Below are positions 50,241 to 57,600 of a stretch of 57,600 nucleotides of DNA, one piece after another. Location: NCBI GenBank assembly GCA_032718475.1, contig JAUCBJ010007295.1, positions 1 through 57,600 of the forward strand, given 5' to 3'. The notes beneath the pieces are model-generated. The model saw only the letters and a program-made list of their open reading frames with translations, did not search any database and was not told where the DNA came from. How positions within the stretch are numbered: position 1 is the first letter of the stretch; each line of letters starts with the position of its first letter. The position numbers and the translations under genes are program-made. The stretch comes from Nemertoderma westbladi. Its lineage: Eukaryota; Animalia; Xenacoelomorpha.

Positions 50241-51066
50241 AGAGACCTAAGCACCAATGCGGACGGCACCTCTGGAATACTGAATTGAATATTATATATG
50301 CCCACCGATAATATTATCCACCTCCAACTAGAACAACATGCCAATATTTCGCAAGCTCTGAGATCCCGAATGACAAAACTTCGCAGATAATAAACCTAGT
50401 ATCCCGGTAACAAAGCCTTGATGTGATAATATATATGGTGGGCCTAATCCATAGAATTGTGCATCAAACAGAGGCAGTAATTATCCCCGATTTATTCCGG
50501 AAAATTATAATCAGCGATATTGTTCGCGTATTTTAATTAGACATCGATTTATTTTTATTGTTATTCATAATCTATTGAGCACAAAGATAACAAAAGAGTG
50601 TGAAGTGAGTGATGGCTACAATCTTGATTGCCTAGCCTCGTTGTTAGCTACTATACCTCACTACAAGCACCAGCCACACTCCGATAGTTATGCTACCTAA
50701 TACCTATTGGCATGGACACAGTAGGCGATCAATATCGCTCATAGGCGGCATGATTAATGTACCACCAGGTCCATCCACATCCATCTTTCCGATATTGTAA
50801 AAATAAATCCCGTTTATTTCGGACAAAATGTGGAATGGATAAATCCCACTTAGCGCAAAGCTGCCCTTCACCTGTAGCTGGTTTACCCTGCGGGGTGTAA
50901 GTAACACGGGAGGGAACGGTGCGGACACGGTTTAGTAGTTGGTTCACATCCAACTGCGCTTTAAGACGATTCTCATATTAACTTAAGAGGCTGTAATGCA
51001 CTCGCTTGGTATTGAGTCGGCACTACGAGACCAAGCAAAAGATACACAAAGGCATAAATACAGGAA

Positions 51067-52378
51067 ATTATTAATTATTATTATTATTATTATTACAATT
51101 TAATATTAACATTAATTAAAATTAAAGGGGGAAACACCACCAAGGTACAATTCGCGTAAATGTTACTGTTACGCTTATAGGTGGTTACATACATAAAACG
51201 TCAAATAAATCAATAATGCAATAATGTTGTTATTAAGTTACGACAGAAATTACAAAACGGGGAACATAGATTACAAACATTTACTGTATGTCAGTGTTTC
51301 GAAAGTGAAAGTATTTTTTTGAAAATGAAAGTATTAAATAAAATACGTTCTTAAAAGGAAAAAATAAAAAGAATAAAATACAACATATGATATGTTTCTC
51401 AGTGGATCAAAAGTGAAGGTTCAGTTATCAGAAAAAAATAAAATAAGCATAGAAATTTAAATCTATAAATCTATTAAAATTACAATAAGGTAACAGGTCA
51501 ACTTATTTTATTTTATCTTTAAAAATATTAATATTGGATGCACCAACGACATCTTGCGGCAGGCCATTCCAAATATCTACTGCACGATTTGAGAACGATT
51601 CTTTAGCTATCTGAAGTCTGGAAAAGGACTTGGAAAGTTTCATGGAATGACCCCTATTATTATTTCTAACCATATGAAAGAAGTCATCAAAATTTAAATC
51701 AACAATTTTGTTATAAATCATATACACCAGCTTTAGATCAAAGATATGTCTGCGGACTTCTAGCGGCTGTAGTTTTAAACGTAGGAGTCGATCTAAGTAG
51801 TCAGCACGATCAAATTTACAACGAATATACAAACGACGGGTAAAATATCTTTGGACTCTTTCAATAAGATCTATTGACCCCAAATTAAAAGGCGAACAAA
51901 CTGGTGTACAGTAGTCCAATATGGGTTGAACATAAGATGTGTACAGTGTTAGTAACGCATTGAGATTGCTAGTGTAAAAGCACTTAAATATCATATTAAC
52001 AATACGAAAAGCCTTTTGAACCTGCTCACGGCAGTGGAGGTCAAATTTTAAATTGCTACTTATAGAGACACCAAGGCCCCTATACAATTTATCTAGCGAC
52101 AGGGCTTTACCATACAGGACGAATTTATCCTGGGATAAATTATTAACTGATTGGAAATGTTCAACACTGAACATTTATGAGCGGCAATTTTAACTTGCCA
52201 TTCATTAGCCCAGGTTTCGAGTACTGTGAGGGCATCTGCCAACGATTTGCTGGCTGAAGCTTTACTGTACAGTTTAAGGTCATCAGCAAATAATTTACAA
52301 CTAACGCCATTTGTAGGATTAACGAGTGCATCAGGTAAGTCGTTTACGTACAACAAAAACAATAGCGGACTTAAAGAC
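51067..52378 (-). mobile_element. 5'-truncated, frameshifted CR1-clade LINE with 3'UTR and (TAA)n tail
   Basis: PLLFLLYVNDL, KLFADDLKLY, W...WQ.....KC, LGV..S.LKF..H, Y..YV.P.LDY....SP, IERVQR.FTRR, RGH..KL and FSNR.V..WN.LP, split over ORFs 52093..52362 and 51503..52174; (att)n tracts flank both ends. Confidence 0.9.
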
Positions 52379-52669
52379 CTATATATATTATTATTATTAT
52401 TAATTATTATATTGAATTATTTAACAACTTCCAATACCCACGTCTTATTGATTAATCATTGATTCATCCTTCATGACTATTTTTGGGGAGAGCGACGAAG
52501 TAAGCTACCTCTGTTTCAACCGTCATTCGTCTGTCAGTCGGTGTCTGTCGGCAAATGTTTGAAGGCTTTGATGAATTAAACCAAAATTGGTAAACATGTA
52601 GTATGTAGAAAGTCTGAAATAAAATTTGCTTGGGGACTCTAGTCTCCATCTAGAGAGCGACTACCGGAC

Positions 52670-55600
52670 TACGCAAAGTTTGAAGTGGTGGAGTGGTACC
52701 CGTAAGTTTGCTTACTTAGGCCTACGCGAAGATTGAAGTGGTGGAGTGGTACCCGTAAGTTTGCTTACTTAGGCCTACGCGAAGGTTGAAGTGGTGGAGT
52801 GGTACCCGTAAGTTTGCTTACTTAGGCCTACGCGAAGGTTGAAGTGGTGGAGTGGTACCCGTAAGTTTGCTTACTTAGGCCTACGCGAAGGTTGAAGTGG
52901 TGGAGTGGTACCCGTAAGTTTGCTTACTTAGGCCTACGCGAAGGTTGAAGTGGTGGAGTGGTACCCGTAAGTTTGCTTACTTAGGCCTACGCGAAGGTTG
53001 AAGTGGTGGAGTGGTACCCGTAAGTTTGCTTACTTAGGCCTACGCGAAGGTTGAAGTGGTGGAGTGGTACCCGTAAGTTTGCTTACTTAGGCCTACGCGA
53101 AGGTTGAAGTGGTGGAGTGGTACCCGTAAGTTTGCTTACTTAGGCCTACGCGAAGGTTGAAGTGGTGGAGTGGTACCCGTAAGTTTGCTTACTTAGGCCT
53201 ACGCGAAGGTTGAAGTGGTGGAGTGGTACCCGTAAGTTTGCTTACTTAGGCCTACGCGAAGGTTGAAGTGGTGGAGTGGTACCCGTAAGTTTGCTTACTT
53301 AGGCCTACGCGAAGGTTGAAGTGGTGGAGTGGTACCCGTAAGTTTGCTTACTTAGGCCTACGCGAAGGTTGAAGTGGTGGAGTGGTACCCGTACGTTTGT
53401 TTACTTATGCCTACGCGAAGGTTGAAGTGGTGGAGTGGTACCCGGAAGTTTGCTTACTTAGGCCTACGCGAAGGTTGAAGTGGTGGAGTGGTACCCGTAA
53501 GTTTGCTTACTTAGGCCTACGCGAAGGTTGAAGTGGTGGAGTGGTACCCGTAAGTTTGCTTACTTAGGCCTACGCGAAGGTTGAAGTGGTGGAGTGGTAC
53601 CCGTAAGTGTGCTTACTTAGGCCTACGCGAAGGTTGAAGTGGTGGAGTGGTACCCGTAAGTTTGCTTACTTAGGCCTACGCGAAGGTTGAAGTGGTGGAG
53701 TGGTACCCGTAAGTTTGTTTACTTAGGCCTACGCGAAGGTTGAAGTGGTGGAGTGGTACCCGTAAGTTTGCTTACTTAGGCCTACGCGAAGGTTGAAGTG
53801 GTGGAGTGGTACCCGTACGTTTGCTTACTTAGGCCTACGCGAAGGTTGAAGTGGTGGAGTGGTACCCGTAAGTTTGCTTACTTAGGCCTACGCGAAGGTT
53901 GAAGTGGTGGAGTGGTACCCGTAAGTTTGCTTACTTAGGCCTACGCGAAGGTTGAAGTGGTGGATTGGTACCCGTACGTTTGTTTACTTATGCCTACGCG
54001 AAGGTTGAAGTGGTGGAGTGGTACCCGGAAGTTTGCTTACTTAGGCCTACGCGAAGGTTGAAGTGGTGGAGTGGTACCCGTAAGTTTGCTTACTTAGGCC
54101 TACGCGAAGGTTGAAGTGGTGGAGTGGTACCCGTAAGTTTGCTTACTTAGGCCTACGCGAAGGTTGAAGTAGTGGAGTGGTACCCGTAAGTTTGCTTACT
54201 TAGGCCTACGCGAAGGATGAAGTGGTGGAGTGGTACCCGTAAGTTTGCTTACTTAGGCCTACGCGAAGGTTGAAGTGGTGGAGTGGTACCCGTAAGTTTG
54301 CTTACTTAGGCCTACGCGAAGGTTGAAGTGGTGGAGTGGTACCCGTAAGTTTGCTTACTTAGGCCTACCCAAAGGTTGAAGTGGTGGAGTGGTACCCGTA
54401 AGTTTGCTTACTTAGGCCTACGCGAAGATTGAAGTGGTGGAGTGGTACCCGTAAGTTTGCTTACTTAGGCCTACGCGAAGGTTGAAGTGGTGGAGTGGTA
54501 CCCGTAAGTTTGCTTACTTAGGCCAACGGGAAGTTTGAAGTGGTGGAGTGGTACCCGTAAGTTTGCTTACTTAGGCCTACGCGAAGGTTGAAGTGGTGGA
54601 GTGGTACCCGTAAGTTTGCTTACTTAGGCCTACGCGAAGATTGAAGTGGTGGAGTGGTACCCGTAAGTTTGCTTACTTAGGCCTACGCGAAGGTTGAAGT
54701 GGTGGAGTGGTACCCGTAAGTTTGCTTACTTAGGCCTACGCGAAGGTTGAAGTGGTGGAGTGGTACCCGTAAGTTTGCTTACTTAGGCCTACGCGAAGGT
54801 TGAAGTGGTGGAGTGGTACCCGTAAGTTTGCTTACTTAGGCCTACGCGAAGGTTGAAGTGGTGGAGTGGTACCCGTAAGTTTGCTTACTTAGGCCTACGC
54901 GAAGGTTGAAGTGGTGGAGTGGTACCCGTAAGTTTGCTTACTTAGGCCTACGCGAAGGTTGAAGTGGTGGAGTGGTACCCGTAAGTTTGCTTACTTAGGC
55001 CTACGCGAAGGTTGAAGTGGTGGAGTGGTACCCGTAAGTTTGCTTACTTAGGCCTACGCGAAGGTTGAAGTGGTGGAGTGGTACCCGTAAGTTTGCTTAC
55101 TTAGGCCTACGCGAAGGTTGAAGTGGTGGAGTGGTACCCGTAAGTTTGCTTACTTAGGCCTACGCGAAGGTTGAAGTGGTGGAGTGGTACCCGTAAGTTT
55201 GCTTACTTAGGCCTACGCGAAGGTTGAAGTGGTGGAGTGGTACCCGTAAGTTTGCTTACTTAGGCCTACGCGAAGGTTGAAGTGGTGGAGTGGTACCCGT
55301 ACGTTTGCTTACTTAGGCCTACGCGAAGGTTGAAGTGGTGGAGTGGTACCCGTAAGTTTGCTTACTTAGGCCTACGCGAAGGTTGAAGTGGTGGAGTGGT
55401 ACCCGTAAGTTTGCTTACTTAGGCCTACGCGAAGGTTGAAGTGGTGGATTGGTACCCGTACGTTTGTTTACTTATGCCTACGCGAAGGTTGAAGTGGTGG
55501 AGTGGTACCCGGAAGTTTGCTTACTTAGGCCTACGCGAAGGTTGAAGTGGTGGAGTGGTACCCGTAAGTTTGCTTACTTAGGCCTACGCGAAGGTTGAAG

Positions 55601-55965
55601 TGGTGGAGTGGTACCCGTAAGTTTGCTTACTTAGGCCTACGCGAAGATTGAAGTGGTGGAGTGGTACCCGTAAGTTTGCTTACTTAGGCCTACGCGAAGG
55701 TTGAAGTGGTGGAGTGGTACCCGTAAGTTTGCTTACTTAGGCCAACGGGAAGTTTGAAGTGGTGGAGTGGTACCCGTAAGTTTGCTTACTTAGGCCTACG
55801 CGAAGGTTGAAGTGGTGGAGTGGTACCCGTAAGTTTGCTTACTTAGGCCTACGCGAAGGTTGAAGTGGTGGAGTGGTACCCGTAAGTTTGCTTACTTAGG
55901 CCTACGCGAAGGTTGAAGTGGTGGAGTGGCACCCGTAAGTTTGCTTACTTAGGCTTACGCGAAGG
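52670..55965. repeat. Satellite array, 53-bp unit, about 62 highly homogeneous copies
   Basis: gaagtggtggagtggtacccgtaagtttgcttacttaggcctacgcgaaggtt repeated; internal hairpin gtaag-tttg-cttac. Confidence 0.98.
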
Positions 55966-56454
55966 CCCCACCAGCGTTTTGAGATGGTGGTTAGAAAAAT
56001 TGTAGCTCTAACCTTACTGTGTGGCATAAATGTGCACTAAGCGCACCACATGTCTCGGAACACACATAGTAGAGTGCAGGTAGTATAGCTTCCTAGAGTG
56101 TAGTTAGTCACCAGACACTAAGTTTTGTTCTTAATAAGCTTTATTAAATTTAGTTATAAAAATGTCAAACCTAGTTTTTCTGACGGAAGGTGTTATGTCA
56201 ATTTACAAATAGGCTGCTGAAATACCATTAGCTTCACATTTTACATGTGGTGGAAGCTTCAGATTTTCCTGATTGTTACCTATTAACCCTGTCTCGCGGG
56301 TTAAACTGCGGCTGACAGTTGTTGTACCATTAAACACCGGATTAATGGAATTATTGGCCCGTAAATGTTTATCATTTTTTACCTGACATATTTGTCAGGA
56401 TTTCACTCAGAAAATTCAAACTCCGTTGAAATTCGGTAGGACGCCGATTGGGAA

Positions 56455-57600
56455 GGTGGGTGGTGATGATAAGATGGGTGGGTAGGGAGATGGATGAGAA
56501 TGTTTAAAGATGGATGAGAAGGTTGAGAATTTCGGAAAATGGATGAGAATGTTGGAAGGTGGATGAAAATGTTGTAATATGAATGATAATGTTGAAAGGT
56601 GGATGAGAATGTTGGAAGGTGGATGAAAATGTTGGAAGGTGGATGAAAATGTTGCAAGATGGATAATAAAGGATAAAGTTGGAAGGTGGATGATAATGTT
56701 GTAATACGGATGAGATGTTGAAAGGTGATGATAATCTTGGAAGGTGGATGAGAATGTTGGAAGGTGGATGAGAATATTGCAAGATGGATAAGAATGTTGG
56801 AAGATGGATGAGAATGTTGCAAGATAGATGAGAGTGTTGGAAGATGGGTGAGAATGTTGGAAGATTGATGAGAATATTGGAAGGTTCATGAGAATGTTGG
56901 AAAATGGATGAAAATGTTGGAAGGTAGACGAGAATGTTGGAAGTTGGATGATAGTGTTGGAAGATGGGTGAGAATGTTAGAAGATGTATGAGAATATTGG
57001 AAGGTGAATGGGAATGTGGGACGATGGATGAGAATGTTGGAAGAGGGATGAGAATGTTGGAAGGTGGATGAGAATGTTGCAAGATGGATGAGAGTGTTGG
57101 AAGATGGGTGAGAATGTTGGAAGATGGATGAGAATATTGTAAGGTTGATGGAAATGTGGGAAGGTGGATGAGAATGTATGAGAATGTTGGAAGATGGATG
57201 ATAATGATGGGAGGTGGATGAGAATGTTGCAAGTTGGATGATAATGTTGGGAGATTGATGATACTATTGGAAGATTGATGAGAATGTTGCAATATGGATG
57301 AAAATGTTGGCGGATGGATGAGAATGTTGTAAGATGGATGAAAATGTTGGGCGATGGATGATAATGTTGGATGATGGATGAGAATGTTGCAAGATAGATG
57401 AGAGTGTTGGAAGATGGGTGATAATTTTGAAGATGGATGATAATATTGGAAGGTTGATGAGAATGTGGGAAAATGGATAAAAATGTTGGAAGGTGGATGA
57501 TAATGTTGGAAGATGGGTGATAGTGTTGGAAGATGGGTGAGAATGTTGGAAGATGGATGAGCATATTGGAAGGTGAATGGGAATGTGGGACGATGGATGA
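56455..57600. repeat. Diverged purine-rich minisatellite, 20-bp unit (gaatgttggaag(a/g)tggatga), running off the window end
   Basis: Direct inspection; the minus-strand His/Ser/Pro-rich ORFs are artefacts of the repeat. Confidence 0.93.

Overview
AT-rich, intron-containing animal (probably invertebrate) genomic DNA; the taxon cannot be fixed from the sequence. I can reconstruct four genes from GT-AG splice signals and reading frame. (1) A + strand Cut-like homeobox gene (Cux/cut), join(8055..8117,9888..9968,13033..13171,14913..15077,18847..22439), about 1346 aa, with a short CASP-type N-terminal coiled coil, three CUT domains, an atypical Q50 homeodomain and a coding VNTR. (2) A + strand two-coding-exon C21orf58/DUF4587-like gene (28663..29975). 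(3) The 3' part of a - strand Musashi gene, from RRM2 to the stop at 39221; its 5' exons lie beyond the window. (4) A glycerol kinase 5-like gene with an intronless CDS (42452..44005, +), nested antisense in a Musashi intron. The rest is transposon debris (RTE- and CR1-type LINE fragments, tRNA-derived SINEs, MITEs, Sola-like and Helentron-like non-autonomous elements) and about ten unrelated tandem arrays covering roughly a fifth of the window. The most intriguing observations are: an inverted pair of minimal hammerhead-ribozyme motifs in a Cux intron; a Cux intron made almost entirely of repeated splice-donor and acceptor+stop motifs; a 16-copy array of the GK5 stop region that puts Musashi-binding elements in the 3'UTR of a gene nested inside Musashi; and the Q50 Cux homeodomain. 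All homology calls come from recognising motifs by eye; no searches were run.
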